Part shown: positions 49,863 to 59,186 of the stretch, piece by piece
Layout: each line of letters opens with the position of its first letter
Numbering within the stretch: the first letter of the stretch is position 1
NCBI GenBank assembly: GCA_017481745.1
Contig: JAFUOV010000009.1
Location: 54,603 to 118,602 of the forward strand
DNA length: 64,000 nt
Reading direction: 5' to 3'
DNA from: Bacteroidaceae bacterium
GTDB taxonomy: Bacteria > Bacteroidota > Bacteroidia > Bacteroidales > Barnesiellaceae_A
Made by a program: the position numbers and the translations under genes
The notes under the pieces: generated by a model
Told to the model about the DNA's origin: nothing
Seen by the model: the letters and a program-made list of their open reading frames with translations, nothing else
The model's database searches: none

Positions 49863-49886
49863 TTTTAACGTTAGGAGGACATTATA

Positions 49887-50342
49887 ATGCAAGTAATATT
49901 GAAAGAAGATATAGCAAACCTCGGCTACAAAGAAGACGTAGTAACAGTAAAAGACGGATACGGTCGTAACTACCTTATCCCCCAAGGTTTGGCAGTAATC
50001 GCTTCGCCCTCGGCGTTGAAAGTTTTGGCTGAGAACAAGAAGCAACGTGCACACAAACTCGCAAAAATCAAAGCCGATGCTGAGGCTGTAGCAGCTGCTG
50101 TTGCAGAGCTTACAGTTGTTATCACTGCTAAAGCTAGCGAGAGTGGTACAATATACGGTGGTATCAACAATGCAAAAGTTGCCGAAGCTTTGGCAGCTCT
50201 CGGTCAAGAAATCGACCGCAAGAAAATCATCGTTAAAGATACTATCAAAGAAGTTGGCTCATACAAGGCTATCATCAAGTTGCACCCCGAAGTTTCGGTT
50301 GAACTCCCCTTCGAGGTTGTAGCTGAAGAAGTTGCAGAATAA
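49887..50342 (+). CDS. rplI: 50S ribosomal protein L9
   Basis: 151 aa. MQVILKEDI.NLG.K.DVV.VKDGYGRNYLIPQGLAV. Confidence 0.95.
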   Translation: MQVILKEDIANLGYKEDVVTVKDGYGRNYLIPQGLAVIASPSALKVLAENKKQRAHKLAKIKADAEAVAAAVAELTVVITAKASESGTIYGGINNAKVAEALAALGQEIDRKKIIVKDTIKEVGSYKAIIKLHPEVSVELPFEVVAEEVAE

Positions 50343-50372
50343 GCCACATAAATAAACTTTTCACAAAACAAC

Positions 50373-50410
50373 CATAGCGCTACCCATCCGGGTAGCGCTA
50401 TGTGTTTATA
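50373..50410 (+). terminator. Intrinsic terminator after rplI
   Basis: CATAGCGCTACCC-ATCC-GGGTAGCGCTATG 13-bp perfect stem. The downstream T-tract is weak (TGTTTAT). Confidence 0.6.
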
Positions 50411-50420
50411 TACCACTGTC

Positions 50421-50653
50421 GTGAGAGTTTAGAGATGAGAGGTAGGGACTTACCGTTGGTACGTGATGAAAGATTAGAGTTGAGAGTTTAGAGATAAGAG
50501 CGTAAGGACGTACCGTTGGCGCGTGGTTAGAGTTTAGAGAGGTAATCTTATGCTCCTCTGCGAGCGTAGTGAGATAGGGGAGCTGTCGCCCTGCGGCTGA
50601 GGGGTTTGTGAGAGTGTTGAGTGATTAGTGTATGGACCTACCATTGGTGCGTG
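50421..50653. repeat. Three copies of a ~45-bp composite repeat: a GAGAGTTTAGAG heptad head plus an imperfect palindrome around ACGTACC-GTT-GGTACGT
   Basis: Copies at 50421-50465, 50479-50525 and 50608-50653 (more diverged), plus a partial head at 50526-50545. Confidence 0.6.
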
Positions 50654-50844
50654 TTGAAAGTTTATATCCTCGATGTCGGGGTGTAACATCGAAGATGTTG
50701 CACAATTGCACGTAGCAGTGTAACGTCATCGACATAGTTTCACGAGTCAAGGGCTTCCAGCGCGAGATTCCAGTAGCCCACAACGAGCGTAGCGAAGTTG
50801 TGGGATGGAGATGATAACCCCTCAACCCTCCACTTTCGTGTCGG

Positions 50845-52737
50845 TTACTTCGATTCTATCTCACTGAGTTCGAGCCAGCGCATTTCTTTCTCGTCGAGTT
50901 GGGCTATAATCTCTTCAATGCGACGTGAGTGCGATAGGAGTTCCTCGGTTGTGAGAGTTCCGCTGCACATTTCTTGTTCGAGTTGCGATTTCTCGGCTTC
51001 GAGTTGGGGCAGCAGGGCATCCAGCTCCTCAAGTTCCTTTCTTTCCTTAAACGTGAGGCGCTTGCGTTCGGTGGGTTGCGTGGACTTGGTTTGCGTGGGG
51101 GCATTAGACGCTTGACGGCGGCGTTGCTCCTCGGCTTGTCGGCGCTCCTCTTGTTGTTGCTGCTCTCGCCACAGACGATAGTCGGTATAGTTGCCCGGGA
51201 AATCTTTTATCTGTGCATTGCCGCGGAACACCAATAGGTGGTCGACAACCTTGTCCATGAAGTAGCGGTCGTGCGACACGACGATAACGCAGCCCTTGAA
51301 GCCGCGCAGATACTCCTCCAGCACACTCAGCGTAGTGATGTCAAGGTCGTTGGTAGGCTCGTCAAGAACGAGGAAGTTGGGGTTGCGCATCAGTACGGTG
51401 CACAGGTGCAGGCGGCGTTTCTCGCCACCGCTCAGTTTCTCGATGTAGTTGTGTTGCTTGTCGGGTGCAAAGAGGAAGTGTTGCAGAAATTGGCTTGCCG
51501 ACAGGCGGCGACCATCGCCCAGCGTGATATATTCGGCAATGTCGCGTACGGCATCAATCACCTTCATCCCTTCGCGAAACTGCAATCCATCCTGGCTGTA
51601 GTAGCCAAATCGCACCGTCTCGCCTATGTCAAACCGTCCGCTGTCGGGCGATACCTCGCCAATGAGCATCTTGACAAACGTCGATTTTCCCGTACCGTTT
51701 TGTCCTATAATACCCATCTTCTCGTAGCGGGCAAAGTTGTAGTAGAAGTTGTCCAATATCTTCAGGTCGTCAAACGATTTGCTCACATATTGCGCCTCAA
51801 AAATCTTCGACCCCACATACGTCGCCTTCACGTCGAGTTTCACAGGACCGCTTTCAATGCGGCGACGAGCCTTGTTCTCCAGCTCGTAGAAGGCATCTAC
51901 TCGGGCGCGGGCTTTCGTGCCACGTGCTTGGGGCTGACGGCGCATCCAGTCGAGCTCGGTGCGCAGCAGGTTGCGGGCGCGTGCGGTCTCGGCATTCTGC
52001 ACATCAAGGCGCTCTTGTCGCTTCTCGAGGTAGTAGCTGAAGTTGCCCTTGTAGCTGTATATCGTTTGGTTGTCAATCTCTATAATCTCGTTGCACACGC
52101 GGTCGAGAAAGTAGCGGTCGTGCGTAACCATAAGCAACGTAGTATTGCCGCGGTTGAGGTACTCCTCGAGCCACTCGGTCATCTCTATATCGAGGTGGTT
52201 GGTAGGCTCGTCGAGGATGAGCAGATTGGGCTCGGTAATGAGCACGTTGGCAAGAGCCAATCGCTTTATCTGTCCGCCCGACAACTCGCCAACGGGTTGG
52301 TCAAATCGGATAATGTTCAGTTTCGACAAGATTTGCTTGGCGCGTTGCTCATAGTCCCAAGCCTTGAGGCGGTCCATTTGCTCGAGAGCCGCTTGTAGCC
52401 GAGTGGTATCGTTGGCAAGAAGTGCCTGCTCATATTCGGCAATGACTTGTACCGTCTCGTTGGGCGAGAAGAAGCACGCTTGCAGTACCGTCAACTCGGG
52501 CGGGTAGGAGGGCGCTTGCTCAAGGTAGCCAACCCTCACGCCGTTGCGCAGCACTACCGTACCGCTATCATAGTCCTCCTTGCCGGCAATAATGTTGAGG
52601 AGTGTAGTCTTTCCGGCGCCATTCTGCGCTACGATACCAATGCGGTCGCCCTCGCCAATGCCCAGCGAAATATCGCCAAACAGCAAGCGGTCGCCATACG
52701 ACTTGGTGAGCCCTTCTATTTGCAAATAACTTATCAT
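50845..52737 (-). CDS. ABC-F family ATPase (Uup/YbiT-like, two ABC domains plus a C-terminal coiled-coil)
   Basis: 630 aa. Two Walker A motifs (AQNGAGKTT, GQNGTGKST), two LSGG signatures (LSGGQIKR, LSGGEKRR), no TM domain, and a charged C-terminal coiled-coil. Confidence 0.9.
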   Translation of the reverse strand: MISYLQIEGLTKSYGDRLLFGDISLGIGEGDRIGIVAQNGAGKTTLLNIIAGKEDYDSGTVVLRNGVRVGYLEQAPSYPPELTVLQACFFSPNETVQVIAEYEQALLANDTTRLQAALEQMDRLKAWDYEQRAKQILSKLNIIRFDQPVGELSGGQIKRLALANVLITEPNLLILDEPTNHLDIEMTEWLEEYLNRGNTTLLMVTHDRYFLDRVCNEIIEIDNQTIYSYKGNFSYYLEKRQERLDVQNAETARARNLLRTELDWMRRQPQARGTKARARVDAFYELENKARRRIESGPVKLDVKATYVGSKIFEAQYVSKSFDDLKILDNFYYNFARYEKMGIIGQNGTGKSTFVKMLIGEVSPDSGRFDIGETVRFGYYSQDGLQFREGMKVIDAVRDIAEYITLGDGRRLSASQFLQHFLFAPDKQHNYIEKLSGGEKRRLHLCTVLMRNPNFLVLDEPTNDLDITTLSVLEEYLRGFKGCVIVVSHDRYFMDKVVDHLLVFRGNAQIKDFPGNYTDYRLWREQQQQEERRQAEEQRRRQASNAPTQTKSTQPTERKRLTFKERKELEELDALLPQLEAEKSQLEQEMCSGTLTTEELLSHSRRIEEIIAQLDEKEMRWLELSEIESK

Positions 52738-52824
52738 CTTCTCGATTTCTCAGTGCCTACAAAGATACAACAAATGAGTCGGAATTTTACCCTCAATACC
52801 AATATTTGTAGTGTCGAGGCACTC

Positions 52825-53787
52825 TTAACGGATAATCCATTGTGCTATCGTGCCGCTGCCGCGCCCGCCGCGTGAGGCATATTGCAGACACAACGGGAAA
52901 AACAATCGCATGGCAAGTGTGGTCTTCTCGTCGTGCATAGCCTCGTCGAAGATGCGACGGCTCAAGGCACGCAACTCGGTGTCGCTCTTGCTGCTTTCAC
53001 GCACTATGCGGGCTGCCAAGAGAGCCTGCCGATATATCACCAACCGCTCAAGGCGCTGTTTGCGAGGATGTTGCGATGCTACGATGTCGCGACGAGTATA
53101 TTGCAAGGCTTGGTAGAACTGCTCATAACCCTTCATGTCGTTGCGACCTGTGATAGAGTGGGGGTGCAGGTAAACGGTAGCTACAGGTGGCGTTTTTAGC
53201 CAATATATCTTGCGAGTGTGCAACATAAGGCGCAAGCCGAGGTTCCAATCGAGCCAACCGTTATACGCCTCTTGCCAGCCACCCACAGCGCGTATCACTT
53301 CGGTGCGTGCTGCCATGCGCTGGGTCGAGAGTATGCCATGAATGATGTGTGCCTCGGGCTCGGTGGTAAACACCGCCTTGGCAATACCGAGCGAACGCTC
53401 GCCGTTGTGAAACTCGATAGTCGATCCTACTATATCGGCATCGGGGTGCGCGGCAAATGCCTGCATATATCGCGAAACAGCATCGGCGTGCAATTCGTCG
53501 TCGCTATCGAAAAACATCATATATTGGCTTTCTACGTGCTCCAGCCCCATATTGCGCGCTGCCGAAGCTCCGGGCTTGGGCTGCTGCAGCAGGTCGATGC
53601 GCAACCCCTCGTCTTGATATTGCTGTTGCAACTCACGACACACAACGAGCGAATGGTCCGACGAATTGTTGTCGACCAATATCAGATGCAACGGGCGATA
53701 ATCTTGCGCAACAATCGACCTTACGGTACGAGGCAATTCGTTGGCACGATTATACACCGGTATCACTATGCTCATTATTTCGCTCAT
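52825..53787 (-). CDS. Glycosyltransferase family 2
   Basis: MSIVIPVYNRANELPRTVRSIVAQDY, LVDNNSSD, ASAARNMGL and FFDSDDEL. The start is at ATG 53787 or 53775. The track ORF extends to 53835. Confidence 0.85.
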   Translation of the reverse strand: MSEIMSIVIPVYNRANELPRTVRSIVAQDYRPLHLILVDNNSSDHSLVVCRELQQQYQDEGLRIDLLQQPKPGASAARNMGLEHVESQYMMFFDSDDELHADAVSRYMQAFAAHPDADIVGSTIEFHNGERSLGIAKAVFTTEPEAHIIHGILSTQRMAARTEVIRAVGGWQEAYNGWLDWNLGLRLMLHTRKIYWLKTPPVATVYLHPHSITGRNDMKGYEQFYQALQYTRRDIVASQHPRKQRLERLVIYRQALLAARIVRESSKSDTELRALSRRIFDEAMHDEKTTLAMRLFFPLCLQYASRGGRGSGTIAQWIIR

Positions 53788-53920
53788 ACGACAAAGGTAA
53801 GAATAAACGAGCGAGAAATATGTAGTTTGCTTCAATATTTTTCACACCGAGTGCAAAATCTCTTCAAGAACACATGACTGCCGCATCGCAACTGCAAGGT
53901 CGATGTGCGAATGGCTGACT

Positions 53921-53994
53921 TTCACCCAAGATAGGCTTCGCCTCGGGATAAAAAATAAGTAAACTTATTTTGTTCTCCGCTCGGCTTGCACTAC
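53921..53994. repeat. Direct repeat copy 1 (~73 bp) in the divergent glycosyltransferase intergenic region
   Basis: TTCACCCAAGATAGGCTTCGCCTCGGGATAAAAAATAAGTAAACTTATTTTGTTCTCCGCTCGGCTTGCACTA. It is identical to copy 2 except for four compensatory positions in the internal hairpin. Confidence 0.85.
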
Positions 53995-54069
53995 TTTGGC
54001 TTGCGCCCATATTGCTCACGCTCGGCATTGCTTGTGCAAGCACTGCTCTCGCTTAATCGCAATAGTAGC

Positions 54070-54143
54070 TTCACCCAAGATAGGCTTCGCCTCGGGATAA
54101 AAAATAAACAAGTTTATTTTGTTCTCCGCTCGGCTTGCACTAT
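54070..54143. repeat. Direct repeat copy 2 (~73 bp); carries the promoter of the downstream GT2 gene
   Basis: TTCACCCAAGATAGGCTTCGCCTCGGGATAAAAAATAAACAAGTTTATTTTGTTCTCCGCTCGGCTTGCACTA. It is offset +149 nt from copy 1. Confidence 0.85.
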
Positions 54144-54148
54144 CTTTG
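54118..54148 (+). promoter_or_regulatory. Bacteroidota sigma-A promoter (TTTG-N19-TAtcTTTG) abutting the ATG at 54153
   Basis: TTTG at 54118-54121 and TATCTTTG at 54141-54148. Only 4 nt separate the -7 box from the start codon. Confidence 0.5.
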
Positions 54149-54152
54149 CAAT

Positions 54153-54986
54153 ATGAGACTCGATGTATTGATATGTACCCTCAATGAGGGTATTGCCGAT
54201 GTGCCACAAATATTTCTTGCGTCGCGCGAGGATGTTACTTATGTCGTATCTATGCAGTATACCGACGAGGCATACTTGGATAGGATACCCGACGAAATAC
54301 GCCATCGCGACGACGTGCGCTTGGTATTGCTCGAAGGCAAAGGGTTGAGCCGTAACCGCAACAATGCACTGAAAGCTGCTACGGGCGATTTGGCACTCAT
54401 CGCCGACGACGACGTGCGTTACTGCAACGAATATTTCGACAATATATTCAAAGTCTTTCGTGAGAATGAAAAAGTCGATATAGCGCAGTTGAGAATTGCC
54501 GCCTCCGACCATCGTGCCGTTTCAGAACGCTATCCGGCATACCCCTGCACCTATCCTCGTGTGGCGCGTGGTCTTTATGTTTCGTCTATCGAGATGGTGC
54601 TGCGTGTGGCGACAGTGAAAAACCGCGTTTGGTTCGACGAGCGCTTTGGCTTGGGCTCACCCCACTATATCTGTGGCGAGGAGAGTGTTTTTGTTCACGA
54701 TGCAGTACAAGCCGGGCTTACGGTTACATACTTCCCTTACGATGTTGTGGAACACAATAGGCGCGGTACAGGTGCCAATGTCTTTACCGACGAGCGTGTC
54801 ATGATGGCAAAAGGCGCTGTACAATATTACATACATGGTTGGAGCGGTTACTTACGCATGCTCAAGTTTGCACTTGTCAGTGCTGCCAAAGGGCAATGCT
54901 CGTTTGGCAAGCTGTTGTGTGGAACGTTTAAAGGTATAAACTATTATAGAAAGGTGGTGCAGTATGAAAATCCTATTGGTAGGTGA
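54153..54986 (+). CDS. Glycosyltransferase, GT-A fold (GT2-like)
   Basis: MRLDVLICTLNEG..., GLSRNRNNAL and LIADDDVRY (DxD). The start is taken at ATG 54153 inside the track ORF that begins at 54135. Confidence 0.8.
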   Translation: MRLDVLICTLNEGIADVPQIFLASREDVTYVVSMQYTDEAYLDRIPDEIRHRDDVRLVLLEGKGLSRNRNNALKAATGDLALIADDDVRYCNEYFDNIFKVFRENEKVDIAQLRIAASDHRAVSERYPAYPCTYPRVARGLYVSSIEMVLRVATVKNRVWFDERFGLGSPHYICGEESVFVHDAVQAGLTVTYFPYDVVEHNRRGTGANVFTDERVMMAKGAVQYYIHGWSGYLRMLKFALVSAAKGQCSFGKLLCGTFKGINYYRKVVQYENPIGR

Positions 54987-56061
54987 TGCAAGCAATTTCC
55001 ATTGGACGCTTGCACAGGGCTTGCGCCAGTTGGGACACGAGGTTACCGTAATATCAAACGGTGGCGGTTGGATGCGTACCAAAACCGACGTGCTCATCCG
55101 TCGCAAAAGCTATGGAGCTGCCGACTCGATGATGTATCTTGCCAAGATTGTGTCGTTGCTGCCTACATGGCGCAACTATGATGTGGTGCAAATATCGGGG
55201 CATGGATTTTTCATGCTTCGTCCCGAGAAGAATTTGGCTATCTTTCGCCAGCTGCGCCGACAAAACAAGCGCATCTTTATGGAGGCTATTGGTACCGACC
55301 ACTACTATGCCAAGGCTTGTTTCGATGGTAAGACCTATCGTTACTCCGACTTTTTCGTAGGCGATAAGCCTCTTAATCGCCCCAACTACAACTCCATACG
55401 CGACACATATCTATATGGTGCCAATCGCGATGCCAACATTGCAATGGCGCAAGAGTGCGACGGTATATCTGCCTGCTTGTGGGAGTATTATGTCGCCTAT
55501 GCACCCGAGTATGCACACAAATTGTCATACATACCCATCCCCATCAACATCGACGAAAATCCTATACGCAACATCCCCGAGAAGATTGAGCAACTGCGTT
55601 TCTTTATCGGTATACAACACGACCGCTCGATACTCAAGGGCACCGATGTAATGTACGATGTCCTGAAACAGTTGGAGCACGATTACAAGCACGAGTGTGC
55701 TGTAACAGCGGTCGAGAGCCTGCCTTACGACGAGTATAATCGTGTGATGTATGCCTCTGATGTCCTCATCGACCAGCTCTACTCATACACCCCTGCAACA
55801 AATGCACTGCTGGCAATGTCGAAGGGTATTTTAGCAGTGAGTGGGGCAGAGCCCGAATATTACGACTTTATTGGCGAACACGCATTGCAACCTATTGTCA
55901 ACGTCTTGCCCGACCCGGCTCACATATATAACACTCTTGAAGAACTTATCCTGCATCGTGAGCGTATTCCGCAGCAATGTCGCGATAGCAGAACCTTTGT
56001 CGAGCGACATCACGACTATCGCAAGGTGGCTCAGCAATTTATTGATTTCTGGAGCAAATAA
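54964..56061 (+). CDS. Glycosyltransferase, GT-B fold (GT4-like)
   Basis: 365 aa. MKILLVGDASNFHWTLAQGLRQLGHEVTVIS resembles the N-terminus of GT-B enzymes. It overlaps the upstream GT by 23 nt. The family assignment is tentative. Confidence 0.65.
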   Translation: MKILLVGDASNFHWTLAQGLRQLGHEVTVISNGGGWMRTKTDVLIRRKSYGAADSMMYLAKIVSLLPTWRNYDVVQISGHGFFMLRPEKNLAIFRQLRRQNKRIFMEAIGTDHYYAKACFDGKTYRYSDFFVGDKPLNRPNYNSIRDTYLYGANRDANIAMAQECDGISACLWEYYVAYAPEYAHKLSYIPIPINIDENPIRNIPEKIEQLRFFIGIQHDRSILKGTDVMYDVLKQLEHDYKHECAVTAVESLPYDEYNRVMYASDVLIDQLYSYTPATNALLAMSKGILAVSGAEPEYYDFIGEHALQPIVNVLPDPAHIYNTLEELILHRERIPQQCRDSRTFVERHHDYRKVAQQFIDFWSK

Positions 56062-56076
56062 CAAGGCAAGCAACCT

Positions 56077-57984
56077 ATGCGCCAAAAGATACACGACATA
56101 TTACACCAATATTGGGGCTACGACACCTTCCGTCCATTGCAAGAGGATATCATCTTGTCGGTGCTGTCGGGGCGCGACACATTGGGCTTGATGGCGACAG
56201 GCGGTGGCAAGTCGCTCACTTTCCAAGTGCCGGCAATGGCTATGGAGGGTGTTTGCATCGTTATTACACCGCTCATCGCGCTCATGAAAGATCAGGTCGA
56301 CAATCTGCGCAATCGTCGTATCAAGGCTGCCATGATAGCACAAGGCATGACACGCCGCGAGCGCAATGTGGTGTTCGAGAATTGCATCAATGGTGCATAC
56401 AAGTTTCTGTACGTATCGCCCGAACGCTTGTCTACCGACATGTTTCAGCACCGCCTGCAAGAGATGCAAGTGTCGCTCATCGTTGTCGACGAGGCTCACT
56501 GTATTTCGCAGTGGGGCTACGACTTCCGCCCCTCATACTTGCGCATAGCTGCCTTGCGTGAGCAGTTGCCCGATGTGCCGGTGTTGGCACTTACGGCATC
56601 GGCTACGCCGGTAGTTGCCAACGATATTTGCGATAAACTGCAAATGCGCAATCCCAATCGCCTACGCCTTACATTTGCCCGACCCAATATATCGTATGTC
56701 GTGCGCCAAGGCGAGAACAAGGTGCAACAACTCATTCACATTGCCGAGCGTGTGCCGGGCTGTGCTATTGTTTATGTGCGCAGTCGCAAGCGCACACAAG
56801 AGATTAGCACCGAGTTGCAACAAGCCGGTTTTACCGCTACGTTCTATCATGCCGGGCTGTCGCCCGAAGAGAAGAACGACCGACAACGACGGTGGAGTGA
56901 AGGCGAGGTGCGTATTATGGTGGCGACCAATGCCTTTGGTATGGGTATCGACAAGCCCGATGTGCGGTTGGTGATACACGTAGATATACCCAATTCGCCC
57001 GAGGAGTATTACCAAGAGGCTGGACGTGCCGGTCGCGATGGCAAGAGGTCTTATGCCGTTTTGCTGTATGGCAAGAGCGACAAGGCTACACTGCGCAAGC
57101 GTGTTACAGAGAGTTTCCCCGACAAAGATTTCATCCGACAAACATACGAGCGAGCATGCAATTTTATTGGGATTGCCGTAGGCGAAGGCGCTGAACAGAT
57201 GCGAGAATTTAGTTTAAATCAGTTCTGTCAAACATTTAATACACAGACTACTCAAACATTGAGCGCATTGGAAATTCTTACACAAGCCGGCGCTCTCGAG
57301 TTTATCGAAGAGAACGACTCGTTGTCGCGTGTGATGATGGAAATGCGGCGCGACGAGCTTTACGATTTGCCCGACCTTGACGACACTACCGACCGCCTGC
57401 TGCAATGTCTGCTGCGCTCCTACACAGGATTGTTTGCCGACTATGTACTCATACACGAGGAGCTGTTGCAATATCGTCTTGGTGTGGATGCACAAACGGT
57501 GTATGAAAGCCTCCTGAAGCTATCTCGCATGCATGTATTGCATTATATCCCTCGCAGGCGCACTCCTTATATCTACATGCCTGTTCGTCGCGTAGAGGGC
57601 AAATATATCGTTATTCCGCACAGCGTCTACGAAGAACGCAAGGAGCGCATGAGTGAGCGTGTCGAGTATATGATTGACTATGCCAATGCGCAATCGTGTC
57701 GAGCCTCGATGCTGTTGCGATATTTTGGAGAAGAACCGGCTGCCGATTGCGACACTTGCGACAACTGTCGTGCCCGCCGTACCTCTCATTCACAGGAGCG
57801 AGAGGATGGGGTAAGGGTGGCTATCGAACGACTGCTTGATAGGCATAAATGCCTTTCGATAGCACAAGTTGTCAGCCTCATTCATTATCCCAAAGAGGAG
57901 GTTACCGATGCACTTCGTCGCATGATTGACGAGGGCATCGTTTCGTTCGATGGTGTGAAGGTTACGAGGTGCGAATATAGTTGA
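56077..57984 (+). CDS. recQ: ATP-dependent DNA helicase RecQ
   Basis: 635 aa. FRPLQEDII, MATGGGKSLTFQVPA, DEAHCISQWGYDFRPSY, TATA.., YHAGL, VATNAFGMGIDKPDVR, Zn-binding C...C..C..C, and a C-terminal HRDC-like domain. Confidence 0.93.
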   Translation: MRQKIHDILHQYWGYDTFRPLQEDIILSVLSGRDTLGLMATGGGKSLTFQVPAMAMEGVCIVITPLIALMKDQVDNLRNRRIKAAMIAQGMTRRERNVVFENCINGAYKFLYVSPERLSTDMFQHRLQEMQVSLIVVDEAHCISQWGYDFRPSYLRIAALREQLPDVPVLALTASATPVVANDICDKLQMRNPNRLRLTFARPNISYVVRQGENKVQQLIHIAERVPGCAIVYVRSRKRTQEISTELQQAGFTATFYHAGLSPEEKNDRQRRWSEGEVRIMVATNAFGMGIDKPDVRLVIHVDIPNSPEEYYQEAGRAGRDGKRSYAVLLYGKSDKATLRKRVTESFPDKDFIRQTYERACNFIGIAVGEGAEQMREFSLNQFCQTFNTQTTQTLSALEILTQAGALEFIEENDSLSRVMMEMRRDELYDLPDLDDTTDRLLQCLLRSYTGLFADYVLIHEELLQYRLGVDAQTVYESLLKLSRMHVLHYIPRRRTPYIYMPVRRVEGKYIVIPHSVYEERKERMSERVEYMIDYANAQSCRASMLLRYFGEEPAADCDTCDNCRARRTSHSQEREDGVRVAIERLLDRHKCLSIAQVVSLIHYPKEEVTDALRRMIDEGIVSFDGVKVTRCEYS

Positions 57985-58060
57985 AAATCAATTTAAATCA
58001 TGTATTCGCATGATTGGTTCTCGTTTATTAAAATAAAGATTGTTAGATAATTATGGTATT

Positions 58061-58405
58061 ATGATTAAAGGAATTTCTATAATTTTACTATTCTACTTTG
58101 TTGGTAACCTTATTAGCCACTTTATTGGTGGTTTTATACCGGGTAGTGTGTGCGGTATGTTGTTGCTTTTTGCTGCATTGTGCGCTCGTCTTGTCAAGCC
58201 CGAGAGTGTACGTGGCGTATCGCTTGCTCTTACGCAAAATATGGCTGTGCTTTTCATCCCGGCGGGGGTGGGAATTATGGCTCATTACAACCTGATAGCG
58301 CAAAATTGGGTTGCCATTGTTACAATTACTTGCGTAACAACCGTCTTGGTAATATGCAGTGTGGGTGGTATCACTCAATATTTAGACAAAAGATTTAAGA
58401 AATAG
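58061..58405 (+). CDS. lrgA: CidA/LrgA-family holin-like protein
   Basis: About 114 aa from ATG 58061, with 4 TM segments. IPGSVCGMLLLF and LFIPAGVGIM. Confidence 0.85.
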   Translation: MIKGISIILLFYFVGNLISHFIGGFIPGSVCGMLLLFAALCARLVKPESVRGVSLALTQNMAVLFIPAGVGIMAHYNLIAQNWVAIVTITCVTTVLVICSVGGITQYLDKRFKK

Positions 58406-58422
58406 ATTATAACTATCAATAA

Positions 58423-59118
58423 ATGAAAGATATACTATCTTCTACGCCGGCTATGCTGCTATTGGTCATAGGCAGCTATTTTATCGGTACATTACTCTAT
58501 CGCCGTCTGCGCTCGGCATGGTTGCATCCCGTAGCCGTTAGCATGGTACTTGTGATTACAACCTTGTTACTGCTCGGTATAGACTACCCGACATTCAAGC
58601 AAGGCACTGACTTTCTCGACTTTCTATTGGGTCCTTCGGTAGTTGCTTTGGGATATTTGTTGTACGAACAAATGGCGCATTTGCGAGGTCGCGAGATTAT
58701 TATATTTGTTGCCACCATAGTTGGTGGAGTGGTAGGTATTGGCGGAGTGTTTCTATTGGGATACCTTTTTCATCTCGACGAGGCACTCGTTGCATCGCTG
58801 CAACCCAAGTCGGCGACAATGCCCATTGCCTTGCCCCTCTCGCACCAATGGGGCGGTATTGAGTCGGTAACTGCCATTGTGGTTTTCTTTACCGGGCTGA
58901 TAGGCAGTCTTATCGGACCATGGATATTAGATAAATGCCACATCACCAATCCTATTGCACGCGGACTTGCTTTGGGCTCGGCATCGCATGGTATAGGCAC
59001 TTCACGTGCCATAGAACTCGGTGCGCTCGAAGGTGCGGTGAGCGGACTTGCCATTGGGCTCACCGGCGTAGCCATTTCGCTGCTCATTCCGCTTTTCGAT
59101 TGGCTGCTCAATTTGTAG
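58423..59118 (+). CDS. lrgB: LrgB-family membrane protein
   Basis: 231 aa, polytopic. PKSATMPIAL and LGSASHGIGTSRA. Confidence 0.88.
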   Translation: MKDILSSTPAMLLLVIGSYFIGTLLYRRLRSAWLHPVAVSMVLVITTLLLLGIDYPTFKQGTDFLDFLLGPSVVALGYLLYEQMAHLRGREIIIFVATIVGGVVGIGGVFLLGYLFHLDEALVASLQPKSATMPIALPLSHQWGGIESVTAIVVFFTGLIGSLIGPWILDKCHITNPIARGLALGSASHGIGTSRAIELGALEGAVSGLAIGLTGVAISLLIPLFDWLLNL

Positions 59119-59186
59119 GATCCAGCCACTTGCAACTATATTTATCGGCAAGGAACGATTGCATTGAAAGTCTTAATTATATCTTT

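Noticed and set aside
49209-50207. 332-aa minus-strand ORF
   Set aside because: It is antisense to the unmistakable rpsF-rpsR-rplI operon. The product is Cys/Phe/Leu-rich with no recognisable domain.
51238-52398. 386-aa plus-strand ORF
   Set aside because: It is antisense to the ABC-F ATPase gene, whose Walker and signature motifs are clear. This is a typical GC-rich shadow ORF.
57996-58015. Short hairpin AATCATG-N6-CATGATT after recQ as a terminator
   Set aside because: The stem is 7 bp, AT-rich and lacks a following T-run. It is too weak to call.
58935-59186. Upstream 84 codons of the 274-aa ORF containing the DUF2284-like protein
   Set aside because: This part overlaps the 3' end of lrgB in another frame and is H/R/C-rich. 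The conserved Cys motifs begin after the ATG at 59187.
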